Positions 50,556-61,113 are shown, counted from the stretch's first letter. The stretch: DNA of 64,000 nucleotides from Alphaproteobacteria bacterium (GCA_964291285.2 OZ219786.1:576001-640000); one strand, 5' to 3'. Notes: generated by a model from the letters alone, not told the origin. Program-made: numbers and translations.

Positions 50556-51194
50556 CTACCCGGCCCGCGAGAACTCTCCGGTAGCCGGGTCCATCATCCA
50601 CAGGGTCCCGTCGGCGATGTCGAACCAGGCGCCGTGCAGGCTGAGGCCGCCGCGGCTTTCCAGACCCGACACCCAGGGAAACGTCCTCAGATTCGCCACC
50701 GACTGGCGGATCGAGGCCCGTTCGAGCGCGGTCTGCCGTTCCGCATCGCTCAGGTCCCCGCGGCCCGCCATCGTCTTGGCGGCAGGACCGAGCAGGTTCA
50801 TCCACCTGCCGATGAAGCCGTCCGGGGAAAGCGGCTCCTCCGGCGGGTGGAGCGCCGCGCGGATGCCGCCGCAGCGACTGTGGCCGAGCACGACGATATG
50901 CCGGACCTTCAGGCCCTGCACCGCGAATTCGAGCGCGGCCGAAGTCGAATGGCAGAAATTGTCCGCCTCGCAGGGCGGCACGAGATTGGCGACAGTGCGG
51001 ACGGTGAAGATCTCGCCCGGCGCGGCATTGAAGATCGTCTCCGGCGCCGCCCGCGAGTCGCAGCAGGCGATGACCATGACCTCCGGCGCCTGCCCCTGCT
51101 CGGCAAGCCGGCGGTAGCGGTCCTGCTCCCTGGCGTAGCGGTCGCCCCTGAAGGACCGGTAACCATGGAGAAGCAGTTCCGGGAACCCGGTCAT
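50556..51194 (-). CDS. Beta-class carbonic anhydrase
   Basis: 'ACCDSR', 'VANLVPP', 'GHSRCGG', 'HGAWFDI'. Confidence 0.93.
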   Translation of the reverse strand: MTGFPELLLHGYRSFRGDRYAREQDRYRRLAEQGQAPEVMVIACCDSRAAPETIFNAAPGEIFTVRTVANLVPPCEADNFCHSTSAALEFAVQGLKVRHIVVLGHSRCGGIRAALHPPEEPLSPDGFIGRWMNLLGPAAKTMAGRGDLSDAERQTALERASIRQSVANLRTFPWVSGLESRGGLSLHGAWFDIADGTLWMMDPATGEFSRAG

Positions 51195-51247
51195 GGAGAA
51201 GGACCTCCCTGGGCGCCGGTTCCTTCGCCGGGCTTCGCCCGGCTCGG

Positions 51248-51275
51248 CTTGAAGCGGGTGCAGGGCGCTCCATAT
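51248..51275 (+). promoter_or_regulatory. RpoH-type promoter upstream of DJ-1/PfpI gene
   Basis: CTTGAA-N16-CCATAT. Confidence 0.55.
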
Positions 51276-51317
51276 CGCCTGCGAGCGATACTGACAACCG
51301 ATGGACCCGAAACCGTC

Positions 51318-52004
51318 ATGCCATTCCAGACCGGCCTTCTCCTCTTCCCCAACCTCACCCAGCTCGACATGACGGGCCCTTACGAGGTCTTCACCAAGTT
51401 TCCGGACACGCAAATCCATCTCCTCTGGAAAACCCTCGAGCCGGTGACGGCCGCCGGCGGCATGCGGCTGCTGCCGAGCACGACATTCGCCGACTGCCCG
51501 CAGCTCGACCTCGTCTGCGTGCCGGGCGGCGCAGGCATGAACCCGCTGCTCAACGACGAGGAAGTGCTGGATTTCCTGCGCCGCCAGGCCTCGGGCGCGC
51601 GCTACATCACCTCCGTCTGCACGGGCTCGCTGGTGCTGGGCGCGGCGGGTCTGCTCCGCGGCAGGCGGGCCACGACGCACTGGATGTCGCTGCCGATGCT
51701 GGCCGCCTTCGGTTGCGAGCCGGTGGCCGAGCGCGTGGTCGTGGACGGCAATGTGATCACTGGCGGCGGCGTCACCGCCGGCATCGACTTCGCCCTGACC
51801 GTGGCGGGAGAACTGCTGGGCGCGGAAGCTGCGGAGCGGATCCAGCTCGGCATGGAATACGACCCGCACCCGCCCTTCGACGCCGGCAGCCCGGAACGGG
51901 CCGGACCGTCCGTCGTCGAAGCCGTGTGCGAAGCGGCCGCGGCGCGGCAGACCGAACGCGAAGTGGAAATCGAGCGCGCGACGGCCCGGCTCGCCTCCGG
52001 CTAG
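51318..52004 (+). CDS. DJ-1/PfpI family protein (isonitrile hydratase-like)
   Basis: 'LDMTGPYEV', 'VPGG', 'SVCTG', 'ATTHW', 'GGVTAGID', 'EYDPHPPF'. Confidence 0.9.
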   Translation: MPFQTGLLLFPNLTQLDMTGPYEVFTKFPDTQIHLLWKTLEPVTAAGGMRLLPSTTFADCPQLDLVCVPGGAGMNPLLNDEEVLDFLRRQASGARYITSVCTGSLVLGAAGLLRGRRATTHWMSLPMLAAFGCEPVAERVVVDGNVITGGGVTAGIDFALTVAGELLGAEAAERIQLGMEYDPHPPFDAGSPERAGPSVVEAVCEAAAARQTEREVEIERATARLASG

Positions 52005-52876
52005 TCGCGTATCCAGCCCGGCCCCCAGAGATTGAGCGTGCGTTCTTCCGCCGGCCAGTGGCGGGGCGCCATTTCGCGCGGCATGTGTTCGATCTCGGCC
52101 GAGAGCTCGACCGGGTCGCCGTGCGGGTCCCGGATCATGAAGAACAGGTTGTTGCCGGGGCCGTGGCGGCCGGGGCCCCACCAGATCTTCGCGCCGCTGT
52201 TGGAGAGATGGTCCGCCCAGTCGCGGATATCCGTCCAGCCGCCGGTCTCGTAGGCGTGGTGGTCGGCCTTGGTCTCCGAGGCGGCGAAGACGGCGAAGCT
52301 GTGGTGTTCCTCGTCCGAGCGGTAGAAGGCGACCTGGCGCGATGAAGGGTCGTCCATGTCCGAGAGCACATAGTCGGAAGGGGCGAAGCCCAGCACATCC
52401 TCGTACCAGCGCATCATCGGGCCGAGGTTCCGGCTCGCCACAACGACATGCTGCAGGCGGGCGGTGAAGCTGCGGCCCGGCACACCGTTTACCGTGCGGA
52501 TCGCCGGAAGGTCGGCCCGCGGGAGGCCGAACACCGAGAGCCAGCCATCCGGATCGCGCACCGCCACCGCATCCGGATCGAACACTTCGGACGGCGACGG
52601 CTCCATGTTGATCCCCTGCGCCGCGATGAACGCGCGCACGGCATCCAGCTGCGACCGGTCCCGGAGCCGGAAGCCGTGATAGGGACGGGTGCCGGGCTCG
52701 CCCCGGCCGATCACGAGGCGCCGGCCGGGCCCCTGCAGCAGCCGGCCGCCATCCGGCAGGTCGAAGCTGTCGAAGCCGAGAAGACCGGCATAGAAATCCG
52801 CGAGCCGGTCCGGGGCATCGCTGTCGAGGCGCAGATGGTCCAGCGGCGCGGGCCAGATCGGCGATTCTGTCGGCAT
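52001..52876 (-). CDS. VOC family protein, extradiol dioxygenase-like
   Basis: Two VOC domains; 'LQHVV', 'EEHHSF', 'DHHAYE', 'WGPGRHGPGNN', 'DPHGDPVE'. Confidence 0.85.
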   Translation of the reverse strand: MPTESPIWPAPLDHLRLDSDAPDRLADFYAGLLGFDSFDLPDGGRLLQGPGRRLVIGRGEPGTRPYHGFRLRDRSQLDAVRAFIAAQGINMEPSPSEVFDPDAVAVRDPDGWLSVFGLPRADLPAIRTVNGVPGRSFTARLQHVVVASRNLGPMMRWYEDVLGFAPSDYVLSDMDDPSSRQVAFYRSDEEHHSFAVFAASETKADHHAYETGGWTDIRDWADHLSNSGAKIWWGPGRHGPGNNLFFMIRDPHGDPVELSAEIEHMPREMAPRHWPAEERTLNLWGPGWIRD

Positions 52877-52961
52877 CGGGTCGCCTCGCTTTCTTGCCTT
52901 CGGGTCCGGGGAGGAGGAAGATAGCATCGGAAAACCTGAGGGTTCGGGAGGATAGGCGAAA

Positions 52962-53945
52962 ATGGACGCAGCAGCTATTCCGATCATCGATATCGACCCC
53001 GTTCTGGGAGGCGAAGCCGGCGCGGCGGAGAAGGCGGCGGCCGAACTGTCCCATGCCTGCCGCAATGTCGGCTTCTACTATCTCAGCGGGCATGGCGTGC
53101 CGCGCGCGCTCGTCGATGGGGTGTTCGGGGAAGCACGGCGGTTCCACGCACAGCCGTTGGAAGCCAAGCTGGGGCTCAGGGCCGGGGCCGACAATGTGGG
53201 CTACATGCCCTATGGAGGCAGCGTCTCCAGGGCGTCGCGCATCTATCACGGCGACCGGCCGAACCAGAACGAGGCCTTCTTCCTGAAGCGGGACCTTCCG
53301 CCCGACCATCCGGACGTGCTGGCCGGCAAGCGCTTCCGCCCGCTGAACCGCTGGCCCGAAGAGGCGGCGCTGCCGGGCTTCCGCGCGAACGTGCTCGCTT
53401 ATGCCGAGGCGATGGAGCAGGTGGCGATGGCGTTGATGCCGCTCTATGCCCGGGCGCTGGACCTCGCGCCGGACTTTTTCGACGAGGCCTTCGACGATCC
53501 GCAGTTCACGCTGAGGCTCACCCGTTACGCTGCGCATGAGCGTTTCGAGGAGGACGAGTTCAGCCTGGCGCCGCATACCGACAGTTCGTTCATGACGCTG
53601 CTCGCGACAACCGACGTGCCCGGCCTTTCGATCCGGCTTCCCTCGGGCGAATGGGTCGAGGCGCCGTCGGAGCCGGACTGCTTCATCGTCAATATCGGCG
53701 ATATGGGCCACCGCTGGACCAACGGCCATTTCCTCTCCACACCGCACCGGGTCCTCAACCGGTCGGGCCGGGAGCGCTACGCCATCCCGTTCTTCTTCGA
53801 TTGCAACATCGATTACGAGATGGTCTGCCTGCCGACCTGCTGCGGCCCCGACGACCCTCCAAAATTCCCGCCGACCACCTATATGGACTACATGCTCTGG
53901 TTCACCGGCGTGAACTACGCCCACGCGCGGGAAAACGCCGCCTGA
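52962..53945 (+). CDS. 2OG-Fe(II) oxygenase, isopenicillin N synthase family
   Basis: 'IPIIDI', 'HTD...H' triad, 'VNIGD', 'RYAIPFF'. Confidence 0.92.
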   Translation: MDAAAIPIIDIDPVLGGEAGAAEKAAAELSHACRNVGFYYLSGHGVPRALVDGVFGEARRFHAQPLEAKLGLRAGADNVGYMPYGGSVSRASRIYHGDRPNQNEAFFLKRDLPPDHPDVLAGKRFRPLNRWPEEAALPGFRANVLAYAEAMEQVAMALMPLYARALDLAPDFFDEAFDDPQFTLRLTRYAAHERFEEDEFSLAPHTDSSFMTLLATTDVPGLSIRLPSGEWVEAPSEPDCFIVNIGDMGHRWTNGHFLSTPHRVLNRSGRERYAIPFFFDCNIDYEMVCLPTCCGPDDPPKFPPTTYMDYMLWFTGVNYAHARENAA

Positions 53946-53984
53946 GCCGCCAGCCCGACAACCGGAGTACAACGGTCCCACGCC

Positions 53985-55427
53985 ATGCGCCTTGCTCTCG
54001 CCTTCCTCCTGTTTGCATCCATCGCGGTCGCAGCGCCCCCGCTCAGCGCCCACGGCACGCCGGAGAGCTTCGCCGAACTCGCCGAAAAGGCGTTGCCGGC
54101 CGTCGTCAATATCTCGACCCGGCAGACCGTGGAGCAGCGGCAAGTGCCGGACCTGCCGCAATTCCCGCCCGGTTCGCCCTTCGAGGAGTTCTTCAAGAAG
54201 TTCTTCGGCGACCGTGACGACCGCGAGGGCCGGCCGCCGCGCAGGGCGACGTCGCTCGGCTCAGGCTTCGTCATCGATCCCTCCGGCATCATCGTCACCA
54301 ACAACCATGTCATCGAGGAAGCGGACGAAATCCATATCCGTCTTCACGACGACAGGGAGTTCAAGGCGGAAGTCGTGGGCCGCGACCCCGAGACCGACCT
54401 GGCGGTGCTCAAGGTCGAAGCGGACGGCCCGCTGCCCCATTTGGAATTCGGAAACTCGGACAAGACCCGGGTCGGCGACTGGGTCATCGCCATCGGCAAT
54501 CCCTTCGGCTTCAGCAGCACGGTGACGGCCGGCATCGTCTCGGCGCGCAAGCGCGATATTCGCGCCGGGCCCTATGACGACTTCATCCAGACCGATGCGG
54601 CGATCAACAAGGGCAATTCCGGCGGCCCGATGCTGAACCTCGACGGCGAGGTGATCGGCGTGAACACCGCGATAACGTCGCCGTCCGGCGGCAGCGTGGG
54701 CATCGGCTTCGCCGTGCCGGCCTCGCTTGCCGCGCCCGTCATCGACCAGCTCCGCCGCTTCCGCGAGACCCGGCGCGGCTGGCTCGGCGTCCGCATCCAG
54801 AACGTCACCGACGAAATCGCCGCAACATTCGAGGGCTTCGGCGAAGCGCGCGGCGCGCTGGTCGCCGCCGTCATGCCGGATAGCCCCGCCGACACGGGCG
54901 GCATCCGGGCGGGTGACATCGTGTTGTCCTTCGACGGCAAGCAGGTGCCGAAAATGCGCGCCCTGCCGCGTATCGTGTCCGATGCGGAAGTGGGCGCGAC
55001 AGCGCCGGTGGAGGTATGGCGAAACGGCAGGATCGAGCGCCTGGAAGTCGTCGTGGGACGCCTGGAGGAGAACGACCAGGCCAGCGCGGAGGGAGGATCG
55101 AAGGAATACCCGATCGAGTTGCTGGGCCTTGTGGTCGCGCCGCCGAACGACGAACTTCGCAAGGAATACGAACTGGACGAGGAGACCCTGGAGCGGGGCG
55201 GCGTGGTCATTGTCGGGGTAGCGCCGGGCAGCGATGCGGAAGAAAAGGGCCTCGAAGCCGGAGACCTCATCCTCGAAGCCGACCACAGTCCGGTGCAGAA
55301 CGCGAAGGAACTGGAGGAGCGCGTCGCCGCCGTGCGCGAGGCGGGGCGCAATTCCGTCCTGCTGCTGCTGAACCGCGGCGGCGACGACCGGTTCGTGGCC
55401 CTGCTGCTGAAGACGGAAGCGGAGTAG
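53985..55427 (+). CDS. DegP/DegQ family serine endoprotease
   Basis: Signal peptide, 'TNNHV', 'DLAVL', 'GNSGGP', two PDZ domains. Confidence 0.95.
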   Translation: MRLALAFLLFASIAVAAPPLSAHGTPESFAELAEKALPAVVNISTRQTVEQRQVPDLPQFPPGSPFEEFFKKFFGDRDDREGRPPRRATSLGSGFVIDPSGIIVTNNHVIEEADEIHIRLHDDREFKAEVVGRDPETDLAVLKVEADGPLPHLEFGNSDKTRVGDWVIAIGNPFGFSSTVTAGIVSARKRDIRAGPYDDFIQTDAAINKGNSGGPMLNLDGEVIGVNTAITSPSGGSVGIGFAVPASLAAPVIDQLRRFRETRRGWLGVRIQNVTDEIAATFEGFGEARGALVAAVMPDSPADTGGIRAGDIVLSFDGKQVPKMRALPRIVSDAEVGATAPVEVWRNGRIERLEVVVGRLEENDQASAEGGSKEYPIELLGLVVAPPNDELRKEYELDEETLERGGVVIVGVAPGSDAEEKGLEAGDLILEADHSPVQNAKELEERVAAVREAGRNSVLLLLNRGGDDRFVALLLKTEAE

Positions 55428-55432
55428 CGGTC

Positions 55433-56584
55433 TTGACCGAACAGACTGCCGGTCCGGTCCAGGTCGCGCGCATCCGGATCGAGGTCTTCCGCGCCCCGAT
55501 GCCGAGCCCCGTGGTGGTCTCGTTCGGCTCCATCGCCGAGCGGGCCGTCGCGATGGTTGCGCTTGAGGACGGCGATGGCGCCGTCGGCCGGGGCGACATC
55601 TGGGGCAATTTTCCCTCGATCACAATGGAATACCGCGCACGCCTCGCGGGCCGGCTGCTGCCGGACCTGCTTCTGCGCCGGACCGTGGATGACATTCCGG
55701 CGCACTATGCCGGGATGATGCAGCAGTTGCGCGTGCTGGCGATCCAGTCGGGAGAATACGGGCCCGTTGCCGCAATCGTTGCAGCAGCGGACCAGGCGCT
55801 CTGGGACCTTGCGGCCAGGCGCCGGGGCGTGTCCCTGCGCCGCCTGCTCGACCCCGGCGCGCGGGATCGCATCGCCGCCTATGCCAGCGGCCTCAACCCC
55901 GATGACGGGCCCGAAATGGCGGGACGGGCGCGGCAGGCGGGCCACCGCAATTTCAAGCTCAAGGTCGGGTTCGGCGAGAAGACCGACCGGAGCAATGTCG
56001 AGGCGATCCGCCGGGATATGGACGGTGGCGAGCGGCTGTTCGTGGACGCCAACCAGAGATGGGACCCGGAAACGGCCGAGAAGGCCGCCGGCTGGCTGGC
56101 GGATGCCGGCGTCGGCTGGCTGGAGGAACCGATACGGGCCGATTCGCCGGACGAGCACTGGCAGCGGCTGCGCACCGCCATGCGTCTGCCGCTCGCGGGC
56201 GGCGAGAACCTGCCCGACCACGGCCTGATCGACCGGGCGCTCGGCTGGCTGGACATCATGCAGCCGGATGTCGGCAAGTGGGGCGGCGTCTCCGACAATA
56301 CCGCCATTGCGAGGCGCGCGCTGGCCCGGGGGCGGACCTACTGCCCGCACTGGCTGGCCGGCGGGCTGGGGCTGCTCCACTCGGCCAATATCCTGGCGGC
56401 GGTCGGCGGCGACGGGCTTCTGGAGATGGACGTCAACCCCAACCCGCTCCGCGACGCCGTGATCGGGGACGCGCTCAAGGTCGAGGACGGTCATGTGCGC
56501 CTGCCGGACGGGCCGGGCCTCGGCGTCGAGATCGATCTGGAGGCGATGGCCGGCTGGCGGATTGCCTCGGAAGAGTTCGCCTGA
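55433..56584 (+). CDS. Mandelate racemase/muconate lactonizing enzyme family protein
   Basis: 'DQALWDL', 'KLKVG', 'DANQ', 'WLEEP', 'GEN', 'QPDVGKWGG'; start uncertain. Confidence 0.9.
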   Translation: MTEQTAGPVQVARIRIEVFRAPMPSPVVVSFGSIAERAVAMVALEDGDGAVGRGDIWGNFPSITMEYRARLAGRLLPDLLLRRTVDDIPAHYAGMMQQLRVLAIQSGEYGPVAAIVAAADQALWDLAARRRGVSLRRLLDPGARDRIAAYASGLNPDDGPEMAGRARQAGHRNFKLKVGFGEKTDRSNVEAIRRDMDGGERLFVDANQRWDPETAEKAAGWLADAGVGWLEEPIRADSPDEHWQRLRTAMRLPLAGGENLPDHGLIDRALGWLDIMQPDVGKWGGVSDNTAIARRALARGRTYCPHWLAGGLGLLHSANILAAVGGDGLLEMDVNPNPLRDAVIGDALKVEDGHVRLPDGPGLGVEIDLEAMAGWRIASEEFA

Positions 56585-56596
56585 CGCTGTTGCGGC

Positions 56597-57568
56597 TTAC
56601 GCTCCTTCCGTCAACTCCGGCACGACCCATAGCGGGTCGGAGCCGCGCGCGACGCGCTGGACATTGTCGAAGGCGTTGCGCACCCGCGCGGTATTGCTCT
56701 CGAAGGTCGGGCCGGCGAGATGTGCGGTGAGTGTGACATTCTCCATGTTGAAGAGCGGGTTGTCGGCCGGCGGCGGCTCCTCGTCGAACACGTCGAGCCC
56801 TGCCGCGGCGATGGTCCCGTCAGCCAGCGCCGCGCATAGCGCCGCCTCGTCCACCACCGGCCCGCGCGAGGTGTTGACGAGGATCGCGGAGGGCTTCATC
56901 AGCGCGATTTCCCCGGCGCCGATCAGATGGCGGGTCGATGCGTTCAGCGGCACATGCAGCGAGACGATATCGGCTTCCCGAAGCAGCTCCCGCAACAGGC
57001 GGAAGCGGACATTGAGAGCATCCTCCCGGTCCTCCGGCAGCCGCTCGATGTCGTAGTAGATCACCTCCATGCCGAAGGCGAGCGCAAGCCGCGCGGTCTT
57101 CTTGCCGATGGTGCCGAGGCCGACGATGCCGAGCGTGCGCCCGCGCATCTCGTGCAGGCGCGGCGTGCTGTTGCCGCGCCAGTTGCCGGCCGCCACCGTC
57201 CGGTGCTGGCGGATGAGTTGGCGCGAGACCGCCAATGCCAGCAGGATCGCATGCTCCGAGACGGCGGTGGAGTTGGCGCCGCCATTGTTGCAGAGCGGTA
57301 CGCCGGCGCGCCGGGCCGAGTCGAGGTCGGCCTGGTCGTAGCCGGCGCTCAGAAGCTGGATCAGCTTCAGGTTCGGGCCGGCCTCGAACAGCGCGTCTTC
57401 CACGAGCCCGTCCACGAAGCCCACCAGATATTCGGCGTCCCGCATCGCGTCGAGATATTCGGCGCTCTTCGCCGGCACGATGGAAAGCTCGAAGCCCGAA
57501 GGCGCCATGTCCCGCGCGACATCGGCGGCATCGGGAAAATTGGTGACGAATACGATCCTGGGCTGCAT
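56597..57568 (-). CDS. D-2-hydroxyacid dehydrogenase
   Basis: 'GIVGLGTIG', 'SLHVPL', 'VNTSRG', 'LDVFDEEP'. Confidence 0.92.
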   Translation of the reverse strand: MQPRIVFVTNFPDAADVARDMAPSGFELSIVPAKSAEYLDAMRDAEYLVGFVDGLVEDALFEAGPNLKLIQLLSAGYDQADLDSARRAGVPLCNNGGANSTAVSEHAILLALAVSRQLIRQHRTVAAGNWRGNSTPRLHEMRGRTLGIVGLGTIGKKTARLALAFGMEVIYYDIERLPEDREDALNVRFRLLRELLREADIVSLHVPLNASTRHLIGAGEIALMKPSAILVNTSRGPVVDEAALCAALADGTIAAAGLDVFDEEPPPADNPLFNMENVTLTAHLAGPTFESNTARVRNAFDNVQRVARGSDPLWVVPELTEGA

Positions 57569-57695
57569 GGACTCGGTCCGTTCCTGCGGGTCTTGGGGAC
57601 GGCCGCCGCTCCGGGCTGCCGAAGGGTTCAGGGCGAAAAACGGTAGCGGCGGCAGCATGGCCTGTCCATCCGCCGCCCTCCCGGCGCGTGTGCCG

Positions 57696-59393
57696 TTATG
57701 CGTGCTGCTTCGCCTCGAACGCGGCGACTTCGCTCATGAACGGCGCGGCGACATCGGCATTGATCTTGCAGTCCAGGAAGACCGGGCCTTCCGGCGCCGC
57801 CAGCAAGGGGCCGAGCGCCTCCAGGTCATCGGGCGTGCGCACCGTATGGGCGTCGTAGCCGAACGCCTCGGCGACGGGTGCGAAATCGACATCCGGAAAG
57901 ACCGATTTGGCGACCGGAAGCTGGCGCAGCCTCAAATGGTGCAGTTCCGCGCCATAGGCGCAGTCGTTCATCAGCACGATAACCAGCGGCAGGTCCTCGC
58001 GCACGACGGTTTCCAGCTCGCCCATGGTCATCAGGAAGCCGCCGTCGCCCACCACGAACACCGTCGGAATGTCGGGACGCGCCCGGGCGAAGCCGAGCGC
58101 CGCGCCGAACCCGAGCCCGATGGAGGCGAAATCGTTGGTCATCTTGAAATGCGCGGGGTCCGGGACGGACAGGTAAGGCACGACGCCCAGGAAATTGCCC
58201 GCGTCGTAAACGACATTCCGGGCCTCCGGCAGCATACGGTCCAGCATGGCGGCAAGCGAGCGCGGATCGATCGTGCGCGCCGTGTTGGCCGGCTGGAAAT
58301 CCCCCGCGATGGAGAAGCCGTCGAGGGCGGCCATGCTCCCGGCGCTGTGCTGGGGCTTGTCGGCGACGGCCTTTTCCGCCGTCGCTTCGAGAAGCTGTTC
58401 GGCCGCCAGCTTCGCGTCGCCGACCACGGCCACATCGGCCGTGGTCCAGCGGCCGATGCTGGCCCGCGAGGCGTCGATCTGGATCAGCGGCGCATCGGGC
58501 AGCGATTCGCCGAAGCTCATGGTGAGGATGTTCAGCCCTGCGCCGACCGCGAGCACGCAATCGGCCTCGGCCGCCATGCGCCGCGCCGCGGAATGCGAGA
58601 ACGAGCCGATGATGCCGAGGTTCAGCGGATGGCCCCGGAACATGTCCTTGCCCCGGGCGGTCGTGGAGAGCATCGCGCCCGTCCTTTCCGCCAGGCTGGC
58701 CAGCGCCTCGCGCGCACCCGACTTCCAGGCGCCGTGGCCCGCAAGGATGAGCGGCCTCTTCGCCCGGTCCAGCAGGGATGCCGCCGCCCGGATGGCATGC
58801 TCGCGCGCCGGTTCGGCCCGGCGCGCGGGAACCGGCCCGGCGTCCACCGCCTCCGGCGCCGCTTCGTCCGGATCGACTGCGATCTCCCTATGCTGCACAT
58901 CGACCGGCAGGAGCAGCGCAACCGCCTGCCCGGTCCGTGCAAGGGCGGCCGCATCCGCCAGCGTGGCGCGGGCCGTCGCGGCGCCGGTCGGCACGAACGC
59001 GCGGACCCCGGCGGCCTTCAGCACGCCGGCCCCGTCCAGTCCCTTGTAGTCGGGCCCGAGCGCGTTCACCGGCCCGGTCGGCAGCGCCGCCTCGCCGTAG
59101 ATGATGAGAACGGGATTGCCGGTCCGCGCGGCGAAGGACGCGGCCTGCAGCCCGTTGGCAAGCGCCGGCCCCCGCCCGACCAGGGCCACGCCGAGGCGCC
59201 CGGTCGCGGCCGCATAACCGTCCGCCATGCCGATGGCGACATTCTCGTGCCGTGCGCCGAGAAGCGCGATTCCCATTGCGTCCAAGGTCACGGCGAACGC
59301 CGCCGTGTCGTCGCTCATCAGCCCGAACACCGTGTCGACGCCCATCGCCTTGATGTCTTCGGCCAACGCCTGATAGATCGGAACGCTCCGCAT
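57696..59393 (-). CDS. Thiamine pyrophosphate-binding protein (acetolactate synthase-like)
   Basis: 'ARHENVAIGMADGYA', 'GDGGF...MND' TPP motif. Confidence 0.92.
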   Translation of the reverse strand: MRSVPIYQALAEDIKAMGVDTVFGLMSDDTAAFAVTLDAMGIALLGARHENVAIGMADGYAAATGRLGVALVGRGPALANGLQAASFAARTGNPVLIIYGEAALPTGPVNALGPDYKGLDGAGVLKAAGVRAFVPTGAATARATLADAAALARTGQAVALLLPVDVQHREIAVDPDEAAPEAVDAGPVPARRAEPAREHAIRAAASLLDRAKRPLILAGHGAWKSGAREALASLAERTGAMLSTTARGKDMFRGHPLNLGIIGSFSHSAARRMAAEADCVLAVGAGLNILTMSFGESLPDAPLIQIDASRASIGRWTTADVAVVGDAKLAAEQLLEATAEKAVADKPQHSAGSMAALDGFSIAGDFQPANTARTIDPRSLAAMLDRMLPEARNVVYDAGNFLGVVPYLSVPDPAHFKMTNDFASIGLGFGAALGFARARPDIPTVFVVGDGGFLMTMGELETVVREDLPLVIVLMNDCAYGAELHHLRLRQLPVAKSVFPDVDFAPVAEAFGYDAHTVRTPDDLEALGPLLAAPEGPVFLDCKINADVAAPFMSEVAAFEAKQHA

Positions 59394-59490
59394 CCCCGCC
59401 TCTCCCGCACCGGTTCGCCGGCCATCATACCCGATATCGGCAAGCCCGCTGCGGGGGACGCTCCGGCCTCCGCCGCCGGGCGGCCCGGCC

Positions 59491-60189
59491 CTACATGTCC
59501 GCGGCCTCCGCGCCGCTCATCAGCCGGGAGAAGCGCACCGGCAGCATCTCCGCGGTCTGCAGCCGTCCGCCCGCCTCCCTGGTGACCAGCAGCAGGCGCT
59601 GGTCGTCCTCCAGCCCCGCCGGAATGACCATCCGCCCGTCCGGCTTCAGCTGTTGCAGCAGCGCCGGCGGGATGAGATCGGGCGCGGCGGTGACGATGAT
59701 GCGGTCGAAGGGCCCGTGCTCCGGCCAGCCCAGGCTGCCGTCCCCGATGCGGAAGCTCACATTGGCATAGCCCTGCCCGGCGAGCCGGCGGCGGCCGTCC
59801 CGTGCCAGTTCTCCGATCACCTCGACAGTGAACACCTCCGCCGCGAGTTCCGCCAGCAGCGCGGTCTGGTAGCCGAGCCCCGTGCCGATTTCCAGCACCC
59901 TGTGATCCCGGCCGATCCCGAGCAGGTCGGTCATCAGGGCGACGATGAAGGGCTGCGAGATGGTCTTGCCGCTGCCGATGGGAAGCGGCCGGTCGAGATA
60001 GGCATAGGGCGCCATCTCGACCGGCACGAAGGCATGGCGGGGGACCCGCCCGATAGCCTCCAGAACCGGGCCGGAGATCGCGGCCCGGCCGGTCCTGTCT
60101 GCAACGCGGTCGGCATGGCGCTCAATCTGCTCGACCATCGCGCGGCGCAGAACCGCAAACGCGTCTTCCCTGCCTTCCGCCTCCGTCAT
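59491..60189 (-). CDS. pcm: Protein-L-isoaspartate O-methyltransferase
   Basis: 'TISQPFIVA', 'VLEIGTGLGYQ', 'PFDRIIVTAA', 'QLKPDGRMV'. Confidence 0.92.
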   Translation of the reverse strand: MTEAEGREDAFAVLRRAMVEQIERHADRVADRTGRAAISGPVLEAIGRVPRHAFVPVEMAPYAYLDRPLPIGSGKTISQPFIVALMTDLLGIGRDHRVLEIGTGLGYQTALLAELAAEVFTVEVIGELARDGRRRLAGQGYANVSFRIGDGSLGWPEHGPFDRIIVTAAPDLIPPALLQQLKPDGRMVIPAGLEDDQRLLLVTREAGGRLQTAEMLPVRFSRLMSGAEAADM

Positions 60190-60391
60190 GGTCAGCCGCC
60201 CGGCCTCCATCCCGCCGGAGCGCCTTTGCGCGGGCGCGCGCCGGCCCGGCCGAACGCTGCCACAACCGGCGCATCCGCGATAGAGCCTCAAGCCATCGCC
60301 CGTGGCGCCGATCGGTGTCGATGCAGGATACCGGGCGGCACGGGGTGCACGGGCCTTACAGCACGATCCTTCCGGGCAGTCTCACCCGACC

Positions 60392-61113
60392 CTAATTCAA
60401 TGTCTGGAAGAGCCGCCGCAGCAGCATCATGCGCGGAACCAGCGAGGAGACGTAGAGATGCTCCTCCAGCGTGTGCGCGCCGGCCCCGTCGACGCCCAGC
60501 CCGTCCAGCGTCGGTGCGATCGGCGCGGTGAAATTGCCGTCGCTGCCGCCGCCGGTGAAGGTCTCGCCCAGCTCGAAGCCGATCTCGGAGGCCAGCCCGC
60601 GGGCGTGCTCGTAGAGCGAGGCGATGGCGTTCGATTTCCGGTAAGGGGGCCGGTTCATTCCCCCGCTGACGGTCAGTTCGACCGCGGGGTTGTAGGGCCT
60701 GATCCCCTGCACCTTCGCCACCGCGGCCACGCCGTCCTCGGGCCGGGTCATGCGGATATCCAGCTCCGCCGTGCAATATTCCGGCACGACATTGACGCCC
60801 GTGCCGCCGGAGAGCAGCCCGACATTGACGGTCACGCCGGTTTCGTAGTCCGTCATCGCCTCCAGATCGACGATCTGCCGGGCCATCTCCAGCACCGCGC
60901 TTTCGCCGTCCCGGTGCGACACGCCGGAATGCGCCGGCTTTCCACGCGCCACGATCTTCATCCGCGCCGCCCCCTTCCGGCCGGTCACGCAGCATCCGCC
61001 GTCGCGCGCCGGCTCCGTCACCAGCACGTATTTCGCCTGCTCCGCCGCCGCCACGATATGGGATTGCGAAGTGGGAGAGCCGACCTCCTCCTCCGACACC
61101 ACCAGGCCGCACC
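60392..61113 (-). pseudogene. M20 peptidase (carboxypeptidase G2-like), 3' part only; 5' part replaced by integrase element
   Basis: 'SEEEVGS', 'GRKG', 'GKPAHSG', 'GGGSDGN', 'LDGLG...GAHTLEE'; N-terminal HxD/DMKGG region absent. Confidence 0.8.

Noticed and set aside
50556-54161. 1201-aa carbonic anhydrase fusion
   Set aside because: Only the last ~212 aa are carbonic anhydrase; the rest overlaps other genuine genes
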